Shown here: positions 23,037-37,200 of the stretch, piece by piece
Layout: each line of letters starts with the position of its first letter
Numbering within the stretch: position 1 is the first letter of the stretch
Source of the DNA: Phoronis australis
Lineage: Eukaryota > Animalia > Phoronida
Direction of reading: 5' to 3'
Length of the DNA: 64,000 nucleotides
Assembly (NCBI GenBank): GCA_002633005.1
Contig: NMRA01000070.1
Location: 667,872 to 731,871, forward strand
Program-made: the position numbers and the translations under genes
The notes under the pieces: generated by a model
Seen by the model: only the letters and a program-made list of their open reading frames with translations
The model's database searches: none
What the model was told of the DNA's origin: nothing

Positions 23037-26000
23037 GAGGGCCGTAGGAAGCGGGGGGGGGGGTTTGAGCGAGGGGCACGTGCCCCCCAAAATTTTGCAG
23101 GCGTCAGAGTTACACCATGGCAACCGACATAGGCGTGCGGCCGGGGGCAGTCGAGAAAAGAAAGACTGTGAATACGGATGAAAGGAAATTTAAGATAACA
23201 TTTGGCAACTCAATATCAGTACGTGTATGGTTTACCCTTTGAGGGCCCTGGGAGGGCACTGGCCAGGATATTGTTGTTCGGCCAGGTCTCCGTTTTTGTA
23301 GCATAAGTCCTCTCAACGGACTTGAAAACATGTTTTCCAGAGGCCTCTCTCTGGCAAAGGATAATGGAAACAGCTGTTGCTCTATTTTTCGTTTTTTTTT
23401 CTTGAAATTGTATATCACTTGAGAAAAATGATGACCAGAAAAATAATTTCAATTGCTGCGCATTTTCTGATCTTTGAAAATATAGATCTCTTCATATTTA
23501 GGGACCCAGCCCTTGAAGGGGGCCATTGGCGACATTCAAATGGCCACCCTTTTCGTTCTTTTATTGGCAAATTCTTATGAGGCCGCTCAAGGAGAAAGGG
23601 CCCAATGTTGGAATCGATTTCCACTATTTTCCTGTTTTTTTGTGAAATCGTGCAACATGCTTTCTTGTTGAGGAAAGTCACTTCTTGCAGGGTCACATGA
23701 CGATGGAATGTCACTTTTTTCCAAACTTAATGATGTTAAGCATTTCACCTTATAATGTCCCATTTCAGATGGGACCCTCTTTCATTGGGCAGGTCAGCGG
23801 AATTGTTCGTTTGTCCATCTTTACATGTAAATCTGACACTGCCAAGTATTCACGAGGGGAAGTTGAGATTCCAAATTCATTAAAAAAGTACAAAATATTC
23901 GTGCACAGCACAGCCATTCGACCTAAACAACCAAAATTGTGAAAAAATAGAGTAGGATTGCAGCCATCGAAAGGGTGGAATTTTGAAGCACGTGAAGATC
24001 TCTCTTTGTAAAGTACACAAAAGGACTATTTCCGGTGGTTAATTAAAATAATGTTACTTTTTGCAGTACTATCACAAGAATAGTATTTCTTTTGAAGATG
24101 GTTACTATGAGTTGCTTGTAAAGAATTCCCACATGTGGAAAACTCTGCTGTCTAAGCTCGTATTTGTGATGACCGTGTACATGTCGAAATGGGGTACTCA
24201 AAGAACTTTCGCAATCATAACCGTGCACAACACAGCAGTATATTAAGACGTTCGACTCAAATTACCAAAAATGTGAAAAATAAATGGGATTTACCCCCCC
24301 TCGAAAAGGTATAATTTTGAAGAACGTGAAGACCAGGATTTGCAAATTACTCAAATGATTATTTCCGATGGTTAGTTATAAAAAATGTTACTTTTCCTGC
24401 GGTATCACAAGAACAGTATTTCTTTTGAAGATCGTTACTAGGAGTTGTTCGTAAGAAATTTGCACATGTCGAAAATACTTTCGATGTTACGAGTTGTGGT
24501 GACCATGCACATGAAGAATGAGGGTACTCAAAGTACTTGCAATCATAAACAAAAATGTCACCGTTTAACTCGTGAACCGTTATAGGCACCTCTGAAATGA
24601 GCATCAATACACTAAATACAAATGCCCGTCTCCCATATTCCCCCAGTTAACCGTCAAAAATCTGCGAGCATGCAAGCGGAAATTGCTCATAACATTACGT
24701 TTTCATAAACAAATTTGCTGGTTTCTGGTTAATTAGATGTTTATGTACCTAGGAAAATTGACATAGAATCAGATTTGACAAGTAGATGCTAGTCTTGTAA
24801 GAACTGATGATGTCTCAGTGAACTCAGTTGCAACTTGAAGTTAGAAAACTCTATAATCCGATCCTCAATTAGACGATTTTTGCATGATGAAATGACATGA
24901 AAGACATGATGAAATGCGGACAGTTCCCAAAATGACAGTAAATGTATTGCTCTTTGACTTAGGTACAAGATTAGTCGTTTGAACTCACAAACATTAGATC
25001 AAAGAAGAATTAAATCATTAAATGAAGGTAAACACAGTTCTCATGGAATCCATTGTTGATTTCTGATTTACATTTTTATGAATCTACGAAAATCGAATGA
25101 TTTATAGATGATCTTTTGCAATTAGAAGCCAATCTTGTAAGAAATTACGATGCTTCACTGAACTTAGTTGCTGGCTGACATTTCCCCAAATAGCACAGTA
25201 TAGTAAACGATTTTTGTATATCTGAAATAAGTCTGAATGTTTGACAGCTCTACAGTGTCCCAAAATGTTCTCACTATTCAAATGGCAAAAATTGTTAACT
25301 GACTTTGGAACTATATTAGTGGTTTAAATTCACAAACCGTCAAAGAAGTTTAAGTCCTTAAATAAATAAAATTGTACTCATTGCTCATTAACTTGGAATG
25401 GTTGTCTTAACACTTATTTGATGTTTTTAGTTTCCAGTAGTATTGCCCAATGAACTTTGTTCTTCAAAACTGAATCGTTTGCTTGCATTTCCCATGCATA
25501 CTACATACAGACGGAGCACGTCATGACTAACGCACCCACGTTAAAAATGATGTGTAACCATGCAGTAGGCCCGCGCAGAATCTTAAGTGATCCCGGGAAC
25601 TGAATTTGAACTGCAGTCGTTGAAGTGTGTAGATTTTTGGTATACAAGCTGCATAATTTTCTCCAGCCACCAGAAACTGGACTACCGGCCGTGTTTCAAC
25701 AAGGGATTTTGAAATAGCCCTAAAGGCACTATACCAGGGACCCCACCTAGTCAAAAGATTCCATCAAAGAATGACCATAATGAAATAAACTTTTCCCGAA
25801 GCTGGATCGCAATAAAACGAATCTTGACCTTGGAGCCAGCGCAGACGGATAGGTACGAGTTACGAGCCAAGCTACCCGTCTGATGTGAATCATAGCTGAG
25901 CTGCCAGCGACTAGCTTTAGTTCATCGAATTTCGTATGTTCACACTGTTAAAGATCTCATCTACAGTTAGCACAGTTACTTAGGCAGCTCTCAGCTACCC

Positions 26001-28526
26001 TAGGCCTAGTCTGCAACTCTCTGTGAACAGGCCCGTAGGAAGGCAAAAATTATGGGGGGGTTAAACACTTCGATTTCGCCAAACCCCCCCATCGCCACTA
26101 CTTCTGCCAGCCGCCCCCCTCGCCACCATATTTGTACCGAGTCTCCCACGTCCGCCCTAGGTGTGCGGTACTGTGGCGGATTTAAGGGTGACCAAGGATC
26201 CATGGTCCCCCTAATATTCTTCCAGATTCCATTTGGCAGCTCGAGGGGTGCGAATTTCTGACAGGTAAAACACTGACTAATAATCTGCCCTGCCCCCAAC
26301 TCAAAATCCTGAATTCGCCCCAGGGATAATCCCGGGGATGCACCATCAAGAGTTGAATAACCATGAACCAACACGGAGAGTAATGATGAGCCTAGGACCA
26401 GTACAGCGATCGTAGCAAGGAGCTGCCTCAAACAGCTATATATGAGATCTAACTAAACTAAACCCAGTTGCCGGTCCGCTCAGCTATGACTCACTTGAGA
26501 CAGGCGGCTCGTACTGGCCGTGTGTGCGCTAGCTCTAAGGCCAAGATCTGATCGAGTATCGGGAAAATTTTATTTTATTATAGTCATGCTTTGAAGGAAT
26601 TTTTTTGAAAAGGCGAGGTCCCAAAGTCCCTGGTATAGTGCCTTTAGGGCTGTTTCAAAATCCCTAGTAGTTGAAACAACCGGTATTCCAGTTTGTGGTG
26701 GTTGGGGAAAAGGATATTTTGTCCCAAAATATAAACACTTCCTGAACACCTGGAGTGCAAATTTAGTTCCCGTGGATCACTGAGATTTTGCGCGGGTCAA
26801 CTGCATGGTTACATCTCATTTTAACGTCGGTACGTCAGGGCAAACAATCAATTCAGTCTTGAAGAACAAAAATTCATTACTCAATACTACTGGAAACTAA
26901 AAACACCACGGAAGTGCAGACAATCTTTGCAGGCAATGAGTTAATGAGGTGGTTTTTAAAACGTTTTTTCTATCTACGGTTTTTGAGTCCGAATGTACTT
27001 TACTGTTTAAGGATGGCATAATAGAGTTTTCCAACTTCATACTGCAATTAAATTCACTGAAACATCATCAATTCTTACAAGATTAGCTTCTAATGGTCAA
27101 AAATCATCTACAAATTTATCGGTTTTCGAAGATACATAAACAACTAAATCAGAAACCAACGAATTTGTGTTCAAAACAATTTCCGCATGCATGCTCGTAG
27201 ACTTTTGACGGGTATCCGGGGGAATATGGGAGATGGGGCATTCGTATTAAGGTGTATTTCTGCTCATTGCAGAGGTACCTATAACGCTTCACGAGGCAAA
27301 CTTGAACTTCACTGACAACAAAAATACGCTTAAATCTTTATTTATGATTGCAAGAGTTCTTTGAGTACCCCATTTCGACATGTGCACGGTCATCACAACT
27401 AGGAGCTTAGACAGCAGAGTTTTCCACATGTGGGAATTCTTTACAAGCAACTCATAGTAACCATCTTCAAAAGAAATACTGTTCTTGTGATAGTACTGAA
27501 AACAGTAACATTATTTTAACTAACCGCCGGAAACAGTCCTTTTGTGTACTTTAAAAAGAGTGATCTTCACGTGCTTCAAAATTCCACCCTTTCGATGGCT
27601 GCAATCCTACTGTATGTTTTCACAGTTTTGGTTGTTTGGGTCGAATGGCTGTGCTGTGCACGAATATTGTGTACTTTTTTGATGAATTTGGAATCTCAAC
27701 TTCCCTCCTGAATACTTGGCAGTGTAGGATTTACATGTATAGAAGGACAAAGGGACATTTCCCCCGAACTGCTCCACCGATAGAGGGCCCTGTCTGAAAT
27801 GGGACGCCTTAAGATGAAAAGCTAAACACCATTAAGCTTGGAAAAAATAGTGATAGTTCATCCTATCGTCGTGTTGTCCCAAAACGGTGCAGGGAGTGAC
27901 CTCCTTCAACATGAAAGCCGGTTGCACTATTTCACAAAAAGCAGGAAAACAGAGGTAATCGATTCCAAGATTGCGCCCTCTCTCCGTGAGTGGCCCCTTA
28001 AAAACAAAACCAGTGGGAACTTGAATGTCATCAATGGCGTTCATCAAGAGCGAGGGCCCTAAATATGAAACTATGTATATTTTCAAATAGCAGAAAATTC
28101 GGAGCAATTGATGTTATCTGTCAGGTCATCAATTTTTCTCAATTTTGAGAAAAAAATAAGGCGAAATTGTCTCCGTTATCCATTGCCTGGGAGGTGCCAC
28201 TGGCAAAACATAGTTTTGCATTTGCAAAGATGACTTATTGAATTTAAAATCCAGTAAATAAGTACGCTCCGCAAAAGCTCCGCTTTACAAATTTTATCGA
28301 TTTTTGAAATATATGTATGATCGATTTTGTGCACATTTTCAAGTGCGTTTAGACGACCTGTGCTGCAAAAGCAGAAACCCTAACGATAGAGTCCTCAAAA
28401 CGTAAACCCTGCACAGATGCATAGTTGTTAAATGTTCAGAAGTGGTGGCGATACGAAACGGGGGTAGTTTGGCGAAGTCGAATTGGTTTATACCCCCGCC
28501 ACTATTTTTTGCCTTCCTAGGGGCAG
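23037..28526. repeat. ~5.5 kb imperfect inverted-repeat (foldback-like) structure built from internally repetitive arms
   Basis: 23300-24240 is the reverse complement of ~27330-28240, 24560-24860 of ~27010-27300, and ~25400-25960 of ~26440-26940. The arms contain ~320-340 bp subunits. GGCCCGTAGGAAG-type termini occur at 23037, 26028 and, inverted, ending at 28526. Confidence 0.8.
26171..26324. mobile_element. MITE at the centre of the inverted repeat
   Basis: Imperfect TIRs ctgtggcggattt / gaattcgccccag with G-rich then C-rich interior, the same architecture as the 2366-2523 MITE. Confidence 0.5.
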
Positions 28527-28616
28527 GTGACTTCAGTTTATTCACTACTGTTGTCAAGTCAGTCTCACCATTGTCGCCAAGGCGATCACCGACAGAGGTC
28601 CTACTAGTACACATTA

Positions 28617-30776
28617 ATGTGTGATTTATTGAAATATATACACATGTCCATAGGCCCAAAGTATAACATATACAAGACAGAACATAGTCAGGTGCCAAAT
28701 TTCAAACTGGATAATAAATTGTGACGCTTGAAAAGCATGATGGACGAATTTTGTAAGTAGGATATCCGGAGTTCTCATGAGAGATACAAATTTAGATGTC
28801 TTGGTACGTACTGTAAACTAACACAACGTGGTATTTGTCCTCTACACATCACGAATTACATAACTCACACAAAATATTTTCATAGGGAATACTTGTGTGG
28901 AGACCTCTTTACACTAGTAACGAATGATTTGAAAATCGCAATCAAGTCAGAGACTGTACAAAAACACGTGGGATATTAACTATTTCTAGATAATTCTCAA
29001 GACAATACATTGTTTTGTATCTCACATAGAAAGGCAGTTTTGCGTTACATTCGAGACCAGATTGCCAGCCTTGAAAATAAAAGTCGTTTACACGTTGAGA
29101 AAAAACTGTCAAGAAACACGCTTGGTTTACCACACCCTGATTAATACATACATCTGAAAAAACCATACACAGACAGAAGTTTCCTTACAAAACTTGCTCA
29201 ATTATAGGAAGATCTTCCTATCAGGTCTGACTGAAAAAGCATATCATATGCAGCCTTTACCCCACGACTACTAGGCATCTCCAGTATTTTGAACCAGTAT
29301 TTTATACATGATTCAAAATATTTAGTAAACAATGGGAATCGACCACATTCTCCCATAATTGCCGAGTTTAAACAACAACTGCCTAGTCCTAAAATGAGTT
29401 TACGAAACTTGATATGTACATTTTCCAATTGTCCATATTCCTTAAAGCCCCACATCTCAACGCCGTAACACAGAAAGGGATAAACCATTTTATCAAACAG
29501 GTGAAAGGCTATTGACGGGGGTAGATCACAACATCTTCGCTTTAATTTACAAATTGCAGAGACACTCAGCTTTATTTGCTTGATTAGATAAGGCTTTAAT
29601 GGCTTTGGTTACGAAACTTTTGGAGTAATAAGTAGTCCAACGTATTTGTAGTGAAACACCACATCGACCAATGTTCCATTGTAAAACCATTTCTCATATC
29701 GTCTAAGAGGACCGCCATTTCTGAAAACGACCACTTTAGTTTTATTCAAGTTGACTTGCATGCCCCACGATTCGCAAAATTCTGCCAAACAGTTTAGCAT
29801 ACAATGTAACTTGATGGTGGTAGAGGAACATAACACCATGTCGTCTGCATACAGCAGGGAGTTAACTCTTGGTACTTGTTTGCTGAGATATGTGCTATTA
29901 ATATTACTTTTCGCACTCTGTTGATCCAGAAATTCAATTAGATACTACAAAAACGATAATGGGCTGATCATGCAACCCTGGCGAGTGGCAACAGTACAAT
30001 CAAAGAACTCTGTCAGATCATATTGAGTTTTCACACAAGTGAGCAATTTACTAGACATAGAGCGGATTATGTTGAAACTTTTACCATGCACATCAATGTT
30101 TTTCAATCTATGGAAGAGTAAATCATGTGGGATTCGATCGAATGCCTTTGAGAAATCTACAAAGGCACAGTAAAATCTCCCACCCTGCCGACTCAAATAC
30201 TTGTGGCACATAGCTTGAAGTGTAAACACTTGGTCAATAGTAGAGTAGCCTTTTCTAAACCCAGCATGAGACTCATAAAGTTTATCATTATTTTCAACCC
30301 AGTAATAAAGACGATTATTTAAAAGCTTGGTAAAAGTTTTCCCAAAGCAGACAACAGGGAAATACCTCTTTAGTTATTTTCGTCCTTTTTATTACCTTGT
30401 TTATGTACTGGAGTAAGCACTTCGTCACACCAAGCCTGGGATAATACCTAGCATCAAAAATTGCATTGAATAACTTATGCAAGACTGGCACTATCGTTAC
30501 CTCAGTGCACTTCAGCATTTCAAAAATCACGCCATCATAACCCCCAGCCTTGCCATTAGGCCCAATGGCTTCATATATTTCAAAAGGCAAAAAATCAGTA
30601 TTATGATCAGACGGGTAATTTTTAGTACATTTTTCACAGGAACTATCGTGTTCAATAATAACCTGCGTGGCAAATTCACTCAAAGACTCGTCAATAAAGC
30701 AGTTTCGGTTCAATAAATCCTTGAAATAGTCGTGGCATTTCTGCGGACTAATTGAACTTGAGAACTTGAAAGTTGC
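28617..30776 (-). mobile_element. RTE-X-like non-LTR retrotransposon, copy 2
   Basis: RT fragments span 28942-30713, with a CCHC-finger remnant near 28810-28920 and a minus-strand AATAAA at 28624-28629. It is flanked by the 9-bp direct repeat TACACATTA (28608-28616, 30777-30785). Confidence 0.85.
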
Positions 30777-33700
30777 TACACATTACCAACCATATTCATC
30801 CCACGGGTACCTCATGCATGGTTAACCACCGTTTGACGTGCAATCCTCTCACGTGATTTAACTCATTGGGAGTGTGCAATGCCTCCAGACTTTTTAGAAT
30901 GGCGAGACTTGAGGGTACGGGCCACAACAGCAGCGTAGAAATATTCTGACCATGAAACAAAGCAACTCGGAGAATAATTCTGGCCCGTTAAATAAACCTT
31001 TCACGGTGCTCCGTGTAATTTGCAGGTGTGAAGATGAAGTCTTGGGAGCGTCCGGCATAGGCGTAGAGAAGGAGACATGAAAGACCATTTATAACTATTG
31101 ATGCTGGACGTACAATTGAAAACCCTGGTCAGGAAGATTTTTTTAGGGGCATCCATTTGTTTGAATACTGCCAAATGAATCGCTTACCCTGATATAAGAA
31201 CGTGCAAGTACATATTTCAGAAATGTTCGATAAAATTACCAGAGCAATGCAATGTTGTATGTTTCCAGGGACCCTCCTTTCAAGAGATAATGGAGTCATT
31301 TGTCTCTTAATGTTTCATTTTCGAAATTGTTTATCATTGGATATAATTCTCAGCTCTTGGAAGGGGCTCTTTGATGGCAACCATAACGTTTGAGATAACG
31401 TTTGACATAACAATATTTGGATAGCACGCCTTTCATATTAAAGGTTGGGGTATCATAAATCCGCCACTGTCAATTATTTAAGAGGTGAAGTGGCAAAAGC
31501 TTTGTTGGTCATGAAAACCACCAAATTTGTATATTTAAAGAACATTAAAATCAAGACTCAGCAACCTAATTTGCTAAAAATGGGAATAACAATAGCATCC
31601 ACCGGGATCAAAAGATAGAACTCGAAGGCCACAATTTTTGAAATACACAAAGGCAAAACTTTCTATGGTTCTATAACGATAAAAGTACCGGTATTTTGAA
31701 CGAGAAATGTGAAGTACCGAGTTATCCATTAAGCTCAATAAGAAAAAAAATTGGGACCCTGTACAATACTGGGGCCCCATCCCTTAGTAAGAGTAGTGGA
31801 GACCTAGGTCTTCGGGGGAGGGGGAATCTATGAGATAAAAAACTGGAACAAAGGGCCTCGCGAATGCACGGAATAGGGATCTGCCTTGTCGTCACATGGA
31901 CCAATCAAAAGTAGTGACCAGAGGGGGAGGGGGAAGCTGGAAAATTAATGCGAAGTGAATATTTGTGATTCGTCTCGCCGTCACAGGGCCTATCAAAAGT
32001 TACAGTGAGCGGGAGCAGTTTGACTATTTCTACGAAAGGTATGAATTATAATGGTTAGGATACTAGACCTTTTAGAGATTGGGAACCTCATGAAACGGAC
32101 GGCATCTGCTGATTCTACCTGTTCATATCCATGAAAACAAACGTCCATGAAGCTGTTCATCAGGGAGCACAACTTTTCTTCTCCATTTTTGTATCACTAC
32201 GCGATTGCGGTGGAGCAAAATGTACAAGAAATGCAATAAAACGCGACCGACGCCTATAGGTGATACATGATGGTTTGAAGAACCTACAACAGTGATAAAA
32301 GACCTGTACTAGAGCTATTATTGGTAAAAATTGAGCGGTGCACAAACATCAACATGGGACTATTGACAGGCAGTTTGGCCTAGGTGAAAAGGTTTCGTTT
32401 AGATGAAAACAATCTCAAATCGCTTTATCATAGGCTTAGAAAGGTTGAAATAAACAAATATTCGTATGGTCGTATGGTAAACGTGAGTCGTTTTTGATAA
32501 TAAACAACACATACAACATCCAAGAAATTTTCATTGCATTGTGGAAAAATATATTTTCGTGACCCCTTTGTGCTCCCATATTATCCCACCATTGTATATC
32601 CATAAAGTGTCCAGATAGGATGCACGGCTGATCTTGTCGAAGCTATATTAGTTAGCATGGCTCCGTGCGTCTATATGCCTACAAAGCAAGAACCGATGAC
32701 CATGGAAACTGTCAAAAGCAAAAATTCGACAGAACCACTCCCACTAGCTTCTTTCTTGAACCATTAAAGGGCCCCAAACTGACCTACGGATAATATTATC
32801 TTACAATCTCAACATCTGACAAACGTTCTCATTTGGACAACGTAAAAACTGATAATGATTTGACGTGTTCGTGAAGGCGAGCGGTGATACTTTTCACTCT
32901 TCAATGGAGAATTTGGCCATCTCCACTCCTAAAGAGGGTTATTATCGGGGGAACTGTGTCTCTCCTCATTAACCCGCCACTACAGGACCAGCTTCATGGA
33001 ATGTCACTTTCATGCTGTGTTTCTTATTGTTTCAATTAAAGGTTGCCATTGATATCAACAAAGATGTTATAGTTACCCATTTGTATAGAGTATCTTTGAT
33101 AGCAAGAGCATTATTTGATGCGTGTAGTGTATCGTGAAGCGTGGGCGCGCTGTACCAATGTCGTTAGCATGCACACTTTTCAAAAAAACAACCTCTCTCC
33201 ACCATAAAAATCTAATATATGAAATTGCCTAGTATTGTTACATTCAGAACTAGGGTAACAAAAACTGCCGGGATGCCAATATATTCATATTGGCACATTC
33301 ATTTTTCTGCATAAACGAGCGGGTGGCTGTGAGAGTAAAGGATTCTAAGCCCGGAGCCGCATTGTTGAATTTTGTTTTTATCGTATGACTCTTTTCATTC
33401 CATTAGTTCAATTGTTATAATCAAACGGGTATCGCGTAACGCAAGCTTATAAAATGAGCTGGAATCAGTTAAGAGAACAGCTAAAACGGGAAAATTTGGG
33501 CCCGACGTTTTGGCTAAGAAGAAACAAAGCTGACCATGGTGGTAAGTGTACCGTTGATTTGTCTCTGTCAAGAGGACGTCTAGAAGACGGACACGAACTA
33601 TTAATATACGGCGTACGTTGACCCTGGCGATCCTCTAGACGTCGATAAGCCGTTCCTTGTCGTCAAACTGTTCGTGAACTATGTTAAAAATGCGTAGCGG

Positions 33701-34265
33701 AGACGGTTTGCGATAGCGCAGAACTCCAATTTGATCTTATTACAATGTCTGTCATTTGATTACAACGAGTTGACAAGACAGTATGAAGGGGAAAGTCGTT
33801 ATAATTTCACCAAACTCTTTATAACGAGTCACAAACGTCTGTTAAAAATATTGGCATTGTTTAGCTAAAGTTCCGTCTTCAATGCGTCACCGCCTTTCCT
33901 CACAGACGTCCATGAGCTCGCCCGATCAGTTAGTCACGCTCGTTGGTTTAGTGAGAAAATATTTTAATCTATATTTGTTGACAAAAATAAAATATTTCAG
34001 GTTCAACTATCCTGCTTTAACGTGGCTTGTTGCGGGTCATTGATAGCCCTCGCAATATTTTATTTTTGACCCCGAAAAACAAGCAATGCACAAAAAAGGT
34101 AGAATAGATTTTTGCCAGTCCAATGGTGAATTTATCTCCGTGCAATACATGAATTATAAATACCTACATTAAGTGAGCTAACCCATTTTACTGATGTTCT
34201 ATTTGAAGCCCAGTGACGCTATTCACTTTTCGCTTATAAAACTGTGCCATCGCCTTGCATGTATT

Positions 34266-37200
34266 TTTTCGCTATGTAATTTTTTATTGGTTTACAGAAC
34301 AGAAATACAGATATGTAAGACAAAAATCAAGCCATTCTCACTCTTAACATACACGCCCACATGCACCCGCCCCCAACCTTCTTTTAGTAGGATGTTGTCA
34401 GGCAAAAGTTATGGTTAACCAGTTGCTCCAGGTTGCATGGTATTCATCTAAATTACCATTATTCAATAAAATCCTTCTTTGAATACAAATTCTCTTTCTA
34501 ATTTCTTAAGGAAATGGCAGAAACTGGGGATTATTTTTTACACCTGGATAGGTAAATAAAATGTTTTAATTGCAAACGTATCCAATTTAAAACTTTATTT
34601 TCATCACTTATGGGCATGCCAAAACATTGTTTTTGTCAATAACCATATTTATACCTTTCACCAACAACACCCAACTGCGTAATTCTCCTATTAATGTTTT
34701 TTATATTATTGCACTCGAAAAAGATGTGATCTACTGTTTCACTTTGTGAGTACATCAGAGTCCACCAGGTTAATTTTTTAAGAAAAGAGTTCGTTACAAG
34801 TATTCTATGTAATAGTTTAAACTGTAAAGTACATAACTTGAAATCATAAGTAGTTTTAAAAGACAGTGAATATAATTTTTCCAGTCATCACTTCGAAAGT
34901 TATAACCTTCTTCTTGAAATCTTTTTTGGGCAATCGGCAAAATATCATTTTACATATTGATGTGCAGTTTAAAAAATTACGGATATTAAAAGGTACTATT
35001 GGTCCATATATCTTAATTAACTGCATTTGTTGTTCTCCTCAGAAACGACCTAATAGACTCAATCAGAGAACAATATTACAAAAAGTTTGTAGATATGTTC
35101 GAGATCTTTTTAAATTCAGTAAATGAGTAAAATATGTTATTTTCATCAAGTAGGTCATTAATAAAAAGAACACCACCACTAGCATACTTGCTAAAGAAAA
35201 TAGATTTTCTGTCTATTAGTATTTCATCGTTATGCCATAAACTTGTTGAGAGTAAATCATTCGCATCTTTATGAGGCTGTTTACTAATGAAAAAAGACCA
35301 GTTACTTCAAACAGTTTCACCCATTTTGATTCAGAATTAAGTAATCTCTTTATCCATGACATTATTATAGCCTTGTTCAAAAATGATATTTAACATTTTA
35401 ACTCCCCCTTCCTCATCAGTTTTGATTAACACATCTCTCTTCACTCTCTCAACTTTGTTATTCCAAATCAACTTAAAAATGCTTGCATTCAATTCATTCA
35501 TAATGTCTGATTGAGTAGGCAGAGTTGTCATAATGTGAATCATTTTTGGCACCATCAAGGTCTTCACCACCGTAACTTTCCCAAAAAAAGAGATTTTTCT
35601 TCTAGCTAGACCAAATTTTGATAAGATTATTGATTTCATCAATCTTCTCATTGTAGTTGATGTCAATCATTTTTTCTAGGTTAACACTAAACTTGATACC
35701 TAGCATCTTAAATTCCGTCATTCACCATTCCAACTTCCATCTTGCGCGAGGGAAAACATCTTTACAAATTTTTTTACTGCCCAACATTTCGAATAATTTA
35801 CTCTCAAACCACACATATTTGCATATCTACTCAAAACTTCCACAATAGCTTTCAACCTAAGCCTTGAACCATCTAAGAAAAACGTTGAGTCATCAGCATA
35901 CTGAGTAAGTATAGATTCCTCATTTCCTACTTGAATGCCTTTAATTTCCCTATCTTGTTTTGTCATCATAGCTAATACTTCAGCACATAAAATAAAAACA
36001 TACGGAGAAAGAAGATCATCTTGTCTACAGCCCCTGTGCAGAGTAAAACTTCTGGACAGGAAACCGTTTTGAACAATGTATGACACGGGATAATTATAAA
36101 AGGTTTTAATTCAACGCTTAATTGAGGCCTTGAAATTAAAAATATCCAAATTATTATTTATGAAGTTCCGTGACAATCTATCAAAAGCTTTTATTTGTAA
36201 TAACAGCCCCGGTATACCATTTTTTTCACAGAAATTCATCATAATATCATAATATCTTATGTTTTCACTCATACATCTCCCTTTTATAAATCCCGTCTGA
36301 TCCGGGGAAATTATATATCCAAGTACCTTTTTTATTCGTCTAGCAATGCATCAGGATGCCAACTTGTAAACACTGTTGAGCAAAGTTATTGGTCTCCAGT
36401 TTTTTATGAATTTTTTAGCCTTATCTGGCTTTGGAATTAAAGTTACGACCCCAGTTTTTTGCGTGTTTGACAATTCACTTTTTTCATAGCTTTCATTTAT
36501 GTGACTTAAACAGAATAGTCTAAATCTTTCTAGAAAACCTTGGAGATTTCATTTGTGAAACCATCTGACCAGGGTTTTTTCATTTTTTGAATTTTTCAAT
36601 ACAGTCCAGAGTTCATTGTATGTTATGTGTCCCTCAAGCTCCATAGCAAAATTATCGGGAAGCTTATTTGAAACAATAAGGTTATCTATTTTACTTTTTT
36701 CAATAGAACTGTTGTCAGAATAAAAAAATCGTGAATACGCGGCCACGTCTAGTATCTTTTCTTGATTTGTAATTATTTCTCCATTTTCCAATTCTATTTC
36801 ATACATAAGTTTGTTATAAAAATGTCTCGATTCTAAGCTACAAAAATATTTTGTTGGGCGTTCCCCCTCCTCTATCCATTTTGCCCTGGATCTGACGTAA
36901 TATCCTTTTAATTTCTCTGACCTTGTCTCTAGAAGAACACTCTTTTTCCTTTCTAAATCTTCAAAAGTTCTATCATCAACACATAGTTCTAAATTTTCTA
37001 TTTCCTTCTCTAACTTATTCTATTGACTATCTAATTTTTTCTTTTTTTGAATCGAGTAAAAATAGTATTTTTTCTTATTTCCATTAACAGAACATCCAAA
37101 AATAGTTGATCATTTATAACAAACTGAATCACACTGTTCGAAATATTTTGAATTTTGTCTAAATGGTATACCGGAACGGCATATTGCTTTTTAACATCAG

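Larger units (their letters stand above)
1..28806. repeat. Tandem segmental duplication, unit 1 (start arbitrary at window edge)
   Basis: The sequence at position 1 (ctgcaaactaacacaacgtgg) recurs at 28807 and 51255. The order LINE-A, spacer, LINE-B, MACPF gene, pseudogene, inverted repeat is collinear in each copy. Confidence 0.95.

Noticed and set aside
26006-26431. 141-aa minus-strand ORF with a signal-peptide-like start
   Set aside because: It has a non-ATG start, runs through MITE sequence, and is largely deleted in unit 2.
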